A stretch of 32,000 nt of DNA from Trichlorobacter lovleyi SZ (GCF_000020385.1 NC_010814.1:120001-152000); one strand, 5' to 3'; numbered from the stretch's first letter, positions 1 through 8,638 are shown. Numbers and translations: made by a program. Notes: generated by a model not told the origin, from the sequence alone.

Positions 1-303
1 GACCGGGGTCCAGTTGCAGGCGCCGAATTTGTCCGTATCACGGCCCGAGGCGATTCCGCAGAAGTCCGCCTCTGCCACCTGTTCTGCCGAAGGGATGCTG
101 ACCGTAAAGGCCTTGCGGGCCTCAATGGCTGCGTAGCTGTGGGTGGCCTTGCGCAGGGAGACCGTCACGCAGGGCGGGGTAGAGCAGCAGATGCCGCCCC
201 AGGCGATGGTCATGATGTTGGGTTTGTTGTCGGCATCATAGCTGCCCACCAGCCAGACCGGGGTCGGCATGGCCAGGGTCTTTGCTCCCACTGACTGTTT
301 CAT
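1..303 (-). CDS. flavin reductase-like FMN-binding domain protein (flavoredoxin type); C-terminus lies beyond the left window edge
   Basis: Not in the ORF track because it runs off the edge. Hand translation from ATG 303 downward reads [93 protein letters not shown]... and stays open to position 1. AAGGAGG (minus sense, 310-316) lies 6 nt upstream of the ATG. The NxMTxxWGG pattern is typical of the Flavin_Reduct family. Confidence 0.75.
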   Translation of the reverse strand, partial: MKQSVGAKTLAMPTPVWLVGSYDADNKPNIMTIAWGGICCSTPPCVTVSLRKATHSYAAIEARKAFTVSIPSAEQVAEADFCGIASGRDTDKFGACNWTPV

Positions 304-517
304 GGTGTTCCTCCTTGATTATTGAGGCCGCTTCCGTTTCAAGGCGCTCTCGTCGTCGGCTCCTCGATGTACTGCGTAGTTCGAAAACTATTGCGGTGAC
401 TGTCTACTGCGTTGCGCGGTGCTCACATCCTCGTCTAACAGGTAGTTATGCCTCGGATGCTGCGCTCCGGGCGCCTTGTATTCAGTCATCCTCATGACGT
501 TTTCGTGACGCACCTCG

Positions 518-542
518 CAAACTAGACCGGTCGTCTAGTTTG
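518..542. promoter_or_regulatory. candidate TetR operator: perfect inverted repeat CAAACTAGAC-N5-GTCTAGTTTG
   Basis: Read directly from the sequence. It lies between the tetR stop (555) and the flavoredoxin-like start (303). It shares the core AACTAGACCG...TCTA with the palindrome at 1148-1163. Confidence 0.5.
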
Positions 543-554
543 CGGCTAAATTTT

Positions 555-1136
555 TTAACGCAGGGTCACGTTAAAAAGCACCTCGATAAAATCCTGCAGC
601 GGTTGCGGCGACTTCATGACCTTGGCCCGCAGGATCGCCCCTTCCCAGCCGGACAGGATAAAGGAGGCCATTGCATCGGCATCAAGACGGCTGTCCAACT
701 CTTTAGCAGCCTGGGCTTCCCGCAGACAGTCGCCAAACAGCGCGCGCCAGTCGTCGAATATCTCATCCAGCCGGGCGCGAAAGCGTTCATTCTGATCGGC
801 CATCTCCTGTCCCAGGTTGCCGATCAGGCAGCCCTTGCTGCACTGGTTGTTGCTGAAGCGCTGCAGCGAGCCTTCCAGCAAGGTGCGGATACGGCTTAGA
901 GGGGATAGCTCTGTGTCCTGCAGCAGGGCGGTCATGCGCCGGCTGTAGTAGTCGGCAAAGACGTCCATGACGGCCAGACCGAACTCTTCCTTGCTCTTGA
1001 AGTAGTGGTAGAACGAGCCCTTGGGTACTCCGGCCTCTTTCAGCACCATCTCAATGCCGGTGGCGTTATAGCCCTGGCGGGAGATCAGCTCGGTACCGAT
1101 TTTGATGATGTCGCTGCGGGTGTCTTTCTTTTCCAT
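555..1136 (-). CDS. TetR/AcrR family transcriptional regulator
   Basis: 193-aa ORF. The N-terminal HTH reads IIKIGTELISRQGYNATGIEMVLKEAGVPKGSFYHYFKSKEEF, a classic TetR_N signature. Confidence 0.9.
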   Translation of the reverse strand: MEKKDTRSDIIKIGTELISRQGYNATGIEMVLKEAGVPKGSFYHYFKSKEEFGLAVMDVFADYYSRRMTALLQDTELSPLSRIRTLLEGSLQRFSNNQCSKGCLIGNLGQEMADQNERFRARLDEIFDDWRALFGDCLREAQAAKELDSRLDADAMASFILSGWEGAILRAKVMKSPQPLQDFIEVLFNVTLR

Positions 1137-1147
1137 GGGGGGATAAC

Positions 1148-1163
1148 TAGACCGATCGGTCTA
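1148..1163. promoter_or_regulatory. candidate TetR auto-operator: perfect 16-bp palindrome TAGACCGATCGGTCTA
   Basis: Read directly. It lies 12-27 nt upstream of the tetR ATG (1136) and overlaps a TATAGA -10-like hexamer in minus sense. Confidence 0.5.
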
Positions 1164-1255
1164 TAAAGTCAAGCGGTTTTTGGACAACCAATCCTCACAA
1201 GCACCTGTTGACCGGTCGCGAATGTGATAGTAAGGGCCTTTGCGCCAATCGGAGT

Positions 1256-1975
1256 TCAGCGCAGCAGGCTGACCAGCAGCGGCAGCAGCAGTGCCGTAAG
1301 CAGGCCGTTCAGGGCCATTGCCAGTGCCGAAAAGGCGCCGGTCACCCGGCTCTTGTGCATGGCATGGGCGGTGCCGATCCCGTGGGAGGCGATCCCGAAG
1401 GCCATGCCGCGGGCTGTTTCGTCATGCACCTTCATCCGGTTGAGCACCAGATCGCCAATCACAACGCCGGTGATGCCGGTCAGTACCACCGCAACCGCGG
1501 TCAGGGCGGGCAGGCCGCCGATCTGTTCAGAGATCCCCATGGCAATCGGGGTGGTGACCGACTTGGGGGAGAGGGTTAACAGCAGTATCCGCTCACCCCC
1601 CAGCAGCCGGGCGATCCCGACTGCGCTGAGTATGGCGGCCAGCGAACCGGCAAACAGGGCGACGATGATCGGCATAAATGATTTGCGGATTACGGCAATC
1701 TCACGGTAGAGCGGAATTGCCAGGGCGACCGTGGCCGGGCCCAGCAGAAAATGGATGAACTGGGCTCCGCGAAAATAGGTCTGGTAGTCGGTAGCGCTGA
1801 GCTTCAGCAATAGGACCAATACCAGGACTGCGGTCAGCACCGGGTTGAGAAGCTGGCTGCAGCCGCAGCGCTGGAAACACCAGACCCCCAGCTGATAGGC
1901 CAGCAGGGTTACGGTCAGCCATAACAGCGGGCTGGTGGACAGGTAGCACCAGAGCTGGCTCATGTCGCTGTTCAT
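1256..1975 (-). CDS. lrgB: LrgB/CidB family membrane protein
   Basis: ORF 1256..2092. I moved the start to ATG 1975 (MNSDMSQLWCYLSTSPLLWLTV...), which overlaps the upstream lrgA stop by 4 nt (ATGA). Polytopic membrane protein carrying the LrgB-type SPKSVTTPIAMGISEQIGG motif. Confidence 0.8.
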   Translation of the reverse strand: MNSDMSQLWCYLSTSPLLWLTVTLLAYQLGVWCFQRCGCSQLLNPVLTAVLVLVLLLKLSATDYQTYFRGAQFIHFLLGPATVALAIPLYREIAVIRKSFMPIIVALFAGSLAAILSAVGIARLLGGERILLLTLSPKSVTTPIAMGISEQIGGLPALTAVAVVLTGITGVVIGDLVLNRMKVHDETARGMAFGIASHGIGTAHAMHKSRVTGAFSALAMALNGLLTALLLPLLVSLLR

Positions 1976-2337
1976 GGCTGCACCTCCTGATGATCCGGCG
2001 TATGGCGGCGGTTTGCCCGTTGCATGACCAGACCGGTCACGGCAATGGTTACGGCGGTCCCGATCACAATGGCTCCGGCCAGGGGCACCCATGAGCGTGC
2101 CAGCAGATCAAGGCTGGTGATAACGCCGACTCCGGCAGGCACAAACAACAGCGGCAGGTAGCGGTGCAGAAAGCCGGTCACTGTTTCAAGCTCCGGCGAC
2201 AGGTTGCCCCGCAGAACCAGTCCGCAGAAGAGGATAACCATACCGATCACCGGGCCGGGTATTGGCAGCCCGCCTGCCTTGGCAATGATTTCTCCCACCA
2301 GCTGGCACAGCAGAATTACGGTCAGAGGGCCGAGCAT
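1972..2337 (-). CDS. lrgA: LrgA/CidA family holin-like membrane protein
   Basis: 121 aa, about four TM segments (MLGPLTVILLCQLVGEIIAKAGGLPIPGPVIGMVILF...). Translationally coupled to lrgB. Confidence 0.8.
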   Translation of the reverse strand: MLGPLTVILLCQLVGEIIAKAGGLPIPGPVIGMVILFCGLVLRGNLSPELETVTGFLHRYLPLLFVPAGVGVITSLDLLARSWVPLAGAIVIGTAVTIAVTGLVMQRANRRHTPDHQEVQP

Positions 2338-2374
2338 AGCTGTTTCCTTTCAAATCAAAAGTTGATCCGCCAAC

Positions 2375-2776
2375 TCACCCCAACAGCAGCAATCCAATCA
2401 CACCGTGGGCAACCAGCCCGGCATCCTGATTGGTGATCTCCACCCTGACACTGGCGGTTCTGCGCCCCAGATGCAGCAGCTCCGAGCGGGCCGTCAGGGT
2501 ATCACCAACGGCTGCCGGACGGATATAGCTGACGTTCAGGCTGGTGGTGGTGCAGGCAGTGCCGGAAGGAAGCAGCGGGCGGGGAAAAAAGGCGACCGTA
2601 TCCACCAGGGTGGCCAGCAGGCCGCCATGGGCACCCCCCAGATAGTTGCGGTGCATCTCGCTGACCGTTACCTGCATGATTGCGTGGCGGTCGCCGATCT
2701 CCCGCAGCTGAATGCCAAGGGTCTGAAGGAAAGGGATCCGGTTGCCGGATTCCAGTGTGGCAGGTTCTACGGCCAT
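2375..2776 (-). CDS. PaaI-family hotdog-fold thioesterase
   Basis: 133 aa. NYLGGAHGGLLATLVDTV plus the C-terminal pattern GRRTASVRVEITNQDAGLVAHG is typical of PaaI/YbdB thioesterases. Confidence 0.8.
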   Translation of the reverse strand: MAVEPATLESGNRIPFLQTLGIQLREIGDRHAIMQVTVSEMHRNYLGGAHGGLLATLVDTVAFFPRPLLPSGTACTTTSLNVSYIRPAAVGDTLTARSELLHLGRRTASVRVEITNQDAGLVAHGVIGLLLLG

Positions 2777-2901
2777 GGCTGCACCTCTGTCCTGATCGCT
2801 CTACGACGGGGCTATCATAGCCTGTCGGCGGTCTCTTGCAACAGGATATTCCGGTCCCGGAACAGGTTTGTGCCGATTGATGCCGAAGCAGGTCATTCCT
2901 G

Positions 2902-2943
2902 TTGACGTGGAATTAAAAACATCATACTGTAACTAACACTATG
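2902..2943 (+). promoter_or_regulatory. candidate sigma-70 promoter with an overlapping imperfect dyad (possible PadR operator)
   Basis: TTGACG (2902-2907), then TACTGT (2925-2930) after a 17-nt spacer. Dyad CATACTGT-N5-ACACTATG (2923-2943) matches at 6 of 8 arm positions. It lies about 40 nt upstream of the permease ATG. Sequence reading only. Confidence 0.3.
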
Positions 2944-2981
2944 GTGCAGTTTAATGCTAGCAGGGCCGGGAAGGGATAACG

Positions 2982-3455
2982 ATGATGTCAGCAACACTCT
3001 ATGGGATGACGGCAGTGGCGCTGCTGCTGTCATGGTGGTTTGACCGGGAGAAGACCCATCGGGCGCTGAAGATCGGAGCCAGGTCGCTATACGTATTGCT
3101 GCCGAAGATCCTGGGGATGATTGCCTTGGTGGGACTGGTGCTGGCCCTGGTGCCACCAGAGCTGATAACCAGGCTGTTCAGCTTTCGCGGTATCGGCGGC
3201 TTTGTGCTGGTTGCTGCCATCGGCGCAATCATCACCATGCCTGCCCCGATCGCCTTTCCGCTGGTCGGGTCGCTGCTCAGGCTGGGCGCGGCCCCGGCCA
3301 CCCTGGCTACCTTTGTGACCACCCTGACCATGGTGGGCATCATCACCGCGCCGATTGAGATCTCCTATTTCGGCAGACGTTTCACCCTGATCCGCCAGAG
3401 TTTAAGCTTTGTCACCGCGATCATCATCGGACTGTTGATGGGGGTCTTCCTGTAA
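2982..3455 (+). CDS. permease subunit, half-size (DUF318/ArsP-like two-component membrane permease type)
   Basis: 157 aa, about four TM segments. The stop overlaps the next start (TAATG at 3453-3457). Confidence 0.6.
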   Translation: MMSATLYGMTAVALLLSWWFDREKTHRALKIGARSLYVLLPKILGMIALVGLVLALVPPELITRLFSFRGIGGFVLVAAIGAIITMPAPIAFPLVGSLLRLGAAPATLATFVTTLTMVGIITAPIEISYFGRRFTLIRQSLSFVTAIIIGLLMGVFL

Positions 3456-3997
3456 TGAAAGCGCATCTTGCAAGCTACCGCCTCTTTCTGGCCGTGCTGG
3501 GTATCAACCTGTTGCTGCTGCTCTGGCAGCCGGCGTTGGCCCGCCACTCGACGGTCAATTCCCTCAGCTTCCTGCTGGAGGTACTCTCGATCGTGCCGCC
3601 GGTAATGATCTTGATGGGACTGCTGGATGTCTGGGTGCCCCGCAGGCTGGTGGAGGCCCATCTGGGGCCCGATGCCGGACTGCTTGGCGCCGTGGTTGCC
3701 ATCCTGTTGGGAACGGCTGCGGCCGGACCGCTCTACGCCGCCTTTCCGGTTGCAATCTCGCTTCAGAAAAAGGGGGCGCGGCTGGCCAATATCGTCATCT
3801 TTCTGGGAACCTGGGCCACCATCAAGATCCCGATGATCATGATGGAAAGCAGTTTCATCGGGCTGCGCTTTGCCCTGCTGCGGCTGCTGTTCACCATCCC
3901 CTGCATCCTGCTGGCCGGTTACCTGATGGAGCGGGTGATTCCCCTTGAGAGTCTGCCGGACAACACGGCCAGCGCAGCCAAGACCTGCCAGATCTGA
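3455..3997 (+). CDS. permease subunit, second half (DUF318/ArsP-like type)
   Basis: 180 aa polytopic membrane protein, translationally coupled to the preceding ORF. The family call is from recollection of split-permease pairs. Confidence 0.6.
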   Translation: MKAHLASYRLFLAVLGINLLLLLWQPALARHSTVNSLSFLLEVLSIVPPVMILMGLLDVWVPRRLVEAHLGPDAGLLGAVVAILLGTAAAGPLYAAFPVAISLQKKGARLANIVIFLGTWATIKIPMIMMESSFIGLRFALLRLLFTIPCILLAGYLMERVIPLESLPDNTASAAKTCQI

Positions 3998-4010
3998 AAG
4001 GAGAACAGGC

Positions 4011-4355
4011 ATGCCACCCAAACGCAAACAGCAGTATCGTCATATGCCCGCCTTTATCCTGCTGGCGCTGGCTGAAGGGCCAATCCACGGCGGTGCGATT
4101 CATACCGTCCTGGCTGAACGGATGCCGCTATACAAACCTGACACCAGCGCAATCTACCGTACCCTCCAGCAACTGGAACAGGATGGCGAGGTGGTTTCAG
4201 AGTGGGATACCAGCAAGAGCGGACCGGCCAGAAAACGGTATCAGCTGACCGGGGCAGGCTGGAAGAAGCTTGAGTACTGGCGGGAAGATATCGAGATGCG
4301 GATTGCGAACCTGCAGTATTTTCTGACCACCTATCAGGCCATAGTGAAAGGTTGA
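4011..4355 (+). CDS. PadR family transcriptional regulator
   Basis: ORF 3945..4355. I moved the start to ATG 4011 (AAAGGAGA about 7 nt upstream). FILLALAEGPIHGGAIHTVL...SAIYRTLQQLEQDGEVVSEWD...RKRYQLTGAG is a PadR winged-helix signature. Confidence 0.85.
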   Translation: MPPKRKQQYRHMPAFILLALAEGPIHGGAIHTVLAERMPLYKPDTSAIYRTLQQLEQDGEVVSEWDTSKSGPARKRYQLTGAGWKKLEYWREDIEMRIANLQYFLTTYQAIVKG

Positions 4356-4445
4356 GGCATTTTCAGCCGGCCGGTTTTAAGTTGTGTATCCTGCCGGCAA
4401 TTCTGCCGATACAAGTACTGTGACTATTTTTCGGGGGATCTGCAG

Positions 4446-5234
4446 ATGGAACTCACCGCCCTGCTGAAACAGTACAATCTGCCGCTTACCGGCACTGAGC
4501 GGGCACTGGTCAATGGCCTGAAGAGCAACAGCAGCTCACGTCCGGACGAGTATTACGAACAGCAGCTGAAGCAGCTGGCTGATGCGCGGGAGGCCCTGAA
4601 ACGGCTGCCGGACAAAAAGACATCCGACCGGCAGAAAAAATCGGAAAAGATCAAGATGTTGAAGGATCGCCTCAAGATGCTGAAGCAGATGATCCCGTTC
4701 ATGAGCCCTTCGGCCGCCAAATCACTGAAGGCGGAATTGAAACAGATCGCCGCCCAGATCGCCTCGCTCAAGGATGACAGCGGCAGTGGCGGTGCTGTGT
4801 TCAGCGGCAGTTCCGATTCAGCAGCCGGCGCGACGGTTGCTTCAAGCGATGCTGCAGGCACGGCCGCAGAAGCGGACGCCGCCGCCACTGAAGCCGGCGT
4901 CGTCACTGAAGCCGCCGAAGCGAGCAGTGATACGGAGGACGCGGAGAATACGGACGCAGGTGAAAAAACAGGAGAGCCAAAGGATACGGAGACCGCCAAC
5001 GCAGCCAACAGCTATCAGGAACAGGCCAACCAGAGCAAGGCGGAAAGTGCTGCCGACCGTGCGGAAAAGGAAGAGCTGGAGAAGCTGAAGCAGCTGTACC
5101 AGGCAGTGAAAAACATGCTGGAGCGCAAGCTGCAGAGGCCGGACGACCCCGCTACCCAGGCAGCCCTGCAGATTCAGGCCTATCATGCCGCATCCGAGAT
5201 TATCAGCAGTAGCGCGGTCAGTATTAAGGGCTGA
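4446..5234 (+). CDS. hypothetical protein: basic coiled-coil N-terminus, then an Ala/Ser/Asp/Glu low-complexity acidic centre
   Basis: 262-aa ORF with G/C-rich third codon positions. No signal peptide or recognisable domain. Confidence 0.55.
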   Translation: MELTALLKQYNLPLTGTERALVNGLKSNSSSRPDEYYEQQLKQLADAREALKRLPDKKTSDRQKKSEKIKMLKDRLKMLKQMIPFMSPSAAKSLKAELKQIAAQIASLKDDSGSGGAVFSGSSDSAAGATVASSDAAGTAAEADAAATEAGVVTEAAEASSDTEDAENTDAGEKTGEPKDTETANAANSYQEQANQSKAESAADRAEKEELEKLKQLYQAVKNMLERKLQRPDDPATQAALQIQAYHAASEIISSSAVSIKG

Positions 5235-5248
5235 CAAAACGTTTGAGG

Positions 5249-6535
5249 CTAATGCGCTAAACCGGCAGCACCGATCCCCTCGGCGACCCTGATGCCGCTT
5301 GCCCATGCCCCGGTTATGCCCCGTGAGGTACCGGCGCCGTCCCCGGCCATATAAACGTTGTCGGTGACCCGGAAGAACGGGTCGAGAAAGGCCGGTTTGT
5401 TGGCGTACATCTTGATCTCGGGATAGTACATGATGGTGCTGGGATGCAGCACGCCGGGGACGATGGTGTCCAGTTTCTTCAGGGCACCCCAAAGGTGGCG
5501 CATGATCTTGGCAGGTACCACCAGCCCCAGGTCGCCGGCGCTCACCGGACAGGTCGGGGGGAAGGAGAAGAGGTCGTCGTTAAAGGTCTCGCTGTTTGAG
5601 CGTCTGCCCATGCGAAAATCGCCCACCCGCTGCATGATCGGTTTTCCCCCGCCGATCTCGTTGGCTAGCCGGGCAAGGAAGACCGCCATCTGCTGGCCGC
5701 TCCGTACCGGATTTTTCAGTCCGATGGTCTTGAGCAGGGCAAAGTTGGCCAGGTTGTTGCCGGTGCGCTGTTCAGAGAAGGCATGTCCGTTGACCAGGCT
5801 GAAGCCGTGGTACTGTTCAAGTACGACCCTGGCATGGCCGGAATTGGTGCAGAAGGTCCTGACCTTTTCAGGAAACAGGAACTTCGGGTCGTAGTAGTCG
5901 GTCACAATCGGGTAGTTTTCCAGCCGGGTCTCCACCCGGATGCCGATATCGACCACATTGTCGATGTAGGCGATCCCCATCCGCTCCATCACCTGCTGCA
6001 GAAACGCAAACCCCTTTCTGCCGGGTGCGGCGAGTACCTTGCGGCAGCGCAGGGTCTCGCCGCCGGCCATTACAACCCCCGCCCGGCCCTGCTCGTCAAA
6101 GATGTCCGCCACTTCCCGTTCCAGCATGAAGCGTACGCCGCGTGCCTCCAGCTCACCCCGCAAACGCAGGATCAGCTCTTTGCTCCGGTCGGTGCCGACA
6201 TGGGCCTGACGCACATCCAGCAGGGAGACCCCCAGCCGTTCGGCGCGGCGCTGGTAGACCGACAGGTTGTGCTTCTCTTTGACGGCAGGTTGCAGGCGCT
6301 CTTCAACCAGCGGCAGCAACCGTTCCGCCTCTTCCCTGCTCCAGATATCCTCGGCAAAGCCGATCGGGTAGCTGTAGTTCTGTTTGCAGTCGTTCAACAG
6401 TCCGCCGGAGCAGTAGGCTTCACGATCAATCATCAGGATCGAAAGACCGGGTGCCTGGCTGGAGAGCTGAAAGGCGGCTCCCAGTCCGGCCGGACCGGTA
6501 CCGATAATGATGATATCCGCGTCACAGGATTGCAT
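5249..6535 (-). CDS. FAD-dependent oxidoreductase (COG2509-like uncharacterised FAD dehydrogenase)
   Basis: 428 aa. N-terminal Rossmann motif DIIIIGTGPAGLGAA, C-terminal GDGAGTSRGI motif. AGGAG lies upstream of ATG 6535. Confidence 0.8.
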   Translation of the reverse strand: MQSCDADIIIIGTGPAGLGAAFQLSSQAPGLSILMIDREAYCSGGLLNDCKQNYSYPIGFAEDIWSREEAERLLPLVEERLQPAVKEKHNLSVYQRRAERLGVSLLDVRQAHVGTDRSKELILRLRGELEARGVRFMLEREVADIFDEQGRAGVVMAGGETLRCRKVLAAPGRKGFAFLQQVMERMGIAYIDNVVDIGIRVETRLENYPIVTDYYDPKFLFPEKVRTFCTNSGHARVVLEQYHGFSLVNGHAFSEQRTGNNLANFALLKTIGLKNPVRSGQQMAVFLARLANEIGGGKPIMQRVGDFRMGRRSNSETFNDDLFSFPPTCPVSAGDLGLVVPAKIMRHLWGALKKLDTIVPGVLHPSTIMYYPEIKMYANKPAFLDPFFRVTDNVYMAGDGAGTSRGITGAWASGIRVAEGIGAAGLAH

Positions 6536-8430
6536 GGGATACTCCTAGGGGGACTGTGCTGCTTCAGGGTGGTTCGGCAGGCGCACCGTAATGAGAAGGT
6601 GCCGCCCTCCTCAGAAGTTGTCATGGAGATATCACCGTGATGGGTACGCGCGGCCAGCAGGGCGGAATAGGTGCCCAACCCCGTACCCTTTTGCTTGCCA
6701 TGGGTGACGTAGCGATCAAAGAAGCTGGCGCGGATCTCCACCGGTACCGCGCCCTGGTTATGAATCGTGATGCTGCTCCAGAGTGCATCCTGCTCACAGG
6801 AGACGGTAATGTCCGCGCCCGGCGGAGAGGCCTCCACGGCATTGCTGATCAGATTTGACAGCATGGTGTAGCAGAGCAGTTCTTCGCAGGGCACCATGAA
6901 CAGATCATCCGGACCGGCCGGCGCTCCCTTGATCAGGCAGGTCAGCTTCAGCTGTTTCCGTGTCAACTGCTGCTCTGACCCTCTGGCGATCTCATGAATC
7001 AGCTGCAGCAGGTTGCAACTGGTTGTTGTCAGCGTATAGGTGCCCTGTTCCATTTTGTAGAGTGACAGGGAGGAGTCGATGATGTTCAGGATCCGGTAAC
7101 CGCAGGTCTTGATCATCTGTATCAGCTCAGTCTGCTCCGGGGTCAGGTTTGCATCCATAAGCAGTATTTCCGGAATGCCGATCACGGGGTTGAGGGGTGT
7201 TTTCAGGTCATGGTGCGTTATGAGTTCGATATCTTCACGCATTTTTGCCGCCTGAACCTGGTCCGTAATGTCGTGGACAATTCCTACCGCCAGCAGCGCA
7301 GTACCGCGTTGATCACGTCGGGGGCGGTTGAACTCAACCTGCAGGTGGTGGACACTTCCATCGCGTTGAATGATCCTGTGGCTAAACTTCAAGGGCTGTT
7401 TTTCCTGCAGGTAGGCGGCGGTTGCCTGCTGCACGGCAGGCATGTCGTCAGGGTGCACCCGCTCAAAGATCCGCTCCAGGCAGGCGGTGGTCTGCTGCTT
7501 GTCGTAGTCAAACAGGGCATACATCTCGTCCGACCACCACATGCTGTTGTCGTGCAGGTTCCATTCCCAGCTTCCCATATGGGCCAGCCGCTGGGCCAGC
7601 AACAACGATTCCTCTTTCTGGCGCAGCGTTTCTTCACTCTGTTTCAGTTCCCGGAACAGCAGGCTGTAGGGTTGCCGCAGGGCGGTTTCAATGATGGCCT
7701 TGTACATGAAGCCGAAGGAGAGGATCTTGAAGATATGGCCGACAAAATTGAAGACCCCGTAGAGGTCGGTGTAGATCGTAAAGAAGAGCTCCGTGATAAT
7801 GGTGCAGCTGATCGACAGGGTCAGCAAGCGCAGCACGTTGGGTTCAAAGTGTGCCTTTTCCCGATACAGCAGGGCCAGGGCAGCAGCCAGAATCAGTACG
7901 ATAAGGTACTCACTGGTACACTTGAAAGGGGTCAGCCCCAGTCCGCTGATAAAACAGTCCGGAAAGTTCCGGGCCCAGAAGATTGACCAGAGCGCAAGCA
8001 CTGAAACAGCGCCCGCAAGCAGAAACACCCCGGTGATCTGCAGGCGCCGCCGGAAAAAGAGCGGGGCTGTCAGCAGCGCGATGCTCTCCAGGTAGCGCGC
8101 TACCAGCCAAAGCTGCGGGGCCAGGTTGTTGTGATCAAAACTTGTGAAGATACCCGTGCCGCGGTAGGCCAGGGTATGGAGGGTGTCGAAAAAGGCGACA
8201 AATAGGTAGGTAATGCCGATAAAGAGCAGGTAATTGTTGTCGTAGAAGGCCCGGGAATTCCAGGCCAGCATGAAGATGCCGCAGGCAATAACGATGCTGA
8301 ACAGTTCTGCAAAGCTGTGAAACACCAGATAATCACGTTGCGCAATCAGATACAGCAGAACGGTGAAGATACTGAACAGCGCGCCTTTCAGCAACAGGCT
8401 ACGAGACGTACTACCGGCAGTATCATACAT
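6433..8430 (-). CDS. sensor histidine kinase: multi-pass MASE3-like membrane domain + PAS + HisKA/HATPase_c, with an atypical extended 3' end
   Basis: ORF 6433..8577. I moved the start to ATG 8430 (GGGAGGG 9 nt upstream; MYDTAGSTSRS...). Membrane domain HSFAELFSIVIACGIFMLAW. PAS MGSWEWNL...WWSDEMYALFDY. H-box HHDLKTPLN, N-box LISNAVEA, G-box GTGLGTY. The tail overlaps the FAD gene by 103 nt (see findings). Confidence 0.85.
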   Translation of the reverse strand: MYDTAGSTSRSLLLKGALFSIFTVLLYLIAQRDYLVFHSFAELFSIVIACGIFMLAWNSRAFYDNNYLLFIGITYLFVAFFDTLHTLAYRGTGIFTSFDHNNLAPQLWLVARYLESIALLTAPLFFRRRLQITGVFLLAGAVSVLALWSIFWARNFPDCFISGLGLTPFKCTSEYLIVLILAAALALLYREKAHFEPNVLRLLTLSISCTIITELFFTIYTDLYGVFNFVGHIFKILSFGFMYKAIIETALRQPYSLLFRELKQSEETLRQKEESLLLAQRLAHMGSWEWNLHDNSMWWSDEMYALFDYDKQQTTACLERIFERVHPDDMPAVQQATAAYLQEKQPLKFSHRIIQRDGSVHHLQVEFNRPRRDQRGTALLAVGIVHDITDQVQAAKMREDIELITHHDLKTPLNPVIGIPEILLMDANLTPEQTELIQMIKTCGYRILNIIDSSLSLYKMEQGTYTLTTTSCNLLQLIHEIARGSEQQLTRKQLKLTCLIKGAPAGPDDLFMVPCEELLCYTMLSNLISNAVEASPPGADITVSCEQDALWSSITIHNQGAVPVEIRASFFDRYVTHGKQKGTGLGTYSALLAARTHHGDISMTTSEEGGTFSLRCACRTTLKQHSPPRSIPCNPVTRISSLSVPVRPDWEPPFSSPARHPVFRS
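6580..6669 (-). repeat. copy A of a ~90-bp direct repeat (the 3' end of the intact kinase gene)
   Basis: Hand alignment with 8548-8635 gives about 80 of 88 aligned positions identical, plus a 2-nt indel (GAGAAGG here versus GAAGG in copy B). Confidence 0.85.
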
Positions 8431-8547
8431 AGCTGAGTGCCCTCCCGCTGCTTTCAGCGGCTGTGATCCCATGTTGCAGGTAGCTAAGTATAGCCGAAAA
8501 AGCAGACTCTTCAACAAACGACGTGCCAGGGGAGGGCCGGGCCGGTG

Positions 8548-8635
8548 GGCGCACCGTAATGAAGGTGCCTCCTTCATCGGAGGTTGTCATGGAGATATCA
8601 CCCCGATGGGTACGCGCGGCCAGCAGGGAGGAATA
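8548..8635 (-). repeat. copy B: relic of a histidine-kinase 3' end (pseudogene fragment) directly behind the receiver gene stop
   Basis: Minus-sense translation immediately after the receiver TAA (8641-8639) and in the same frame reads QYSSLLAARTHRGDISMTTSDEGGTFITVRPP. The intact kinase has YSALLAARTHHGDISMTTSEEGGTF. Confidence 0.8.
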
Positions 8636-8638
8636 CTG

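Noticed and set aside
3365-4027. Long antisense or out-of-frame ORFs. This one is an example; others are 1208-1709, 4842-5492, 5783-6640, 7210-7986, 10248-11021, 15458-16189, 17573-18430 and 20942-21418.
   Set aside because: Each overlaps a gene with clear family motifs on the other strand or in another frame. Their compositions are Arg/Gly/Pro/Gln-rich, as expected for non-coding frames of GC-rich genes.
8431-8577. N-terminal 49-codon extension of the MASE3-PAS kinase ORF (MKEAPSLRCAHRPGPP...)
   Set aside because: The extension runs through the kinase-tail relic in a different frame and has no RBS. ATG 8430 has a GGGAGGG RBS and starts just before the first TM segment.
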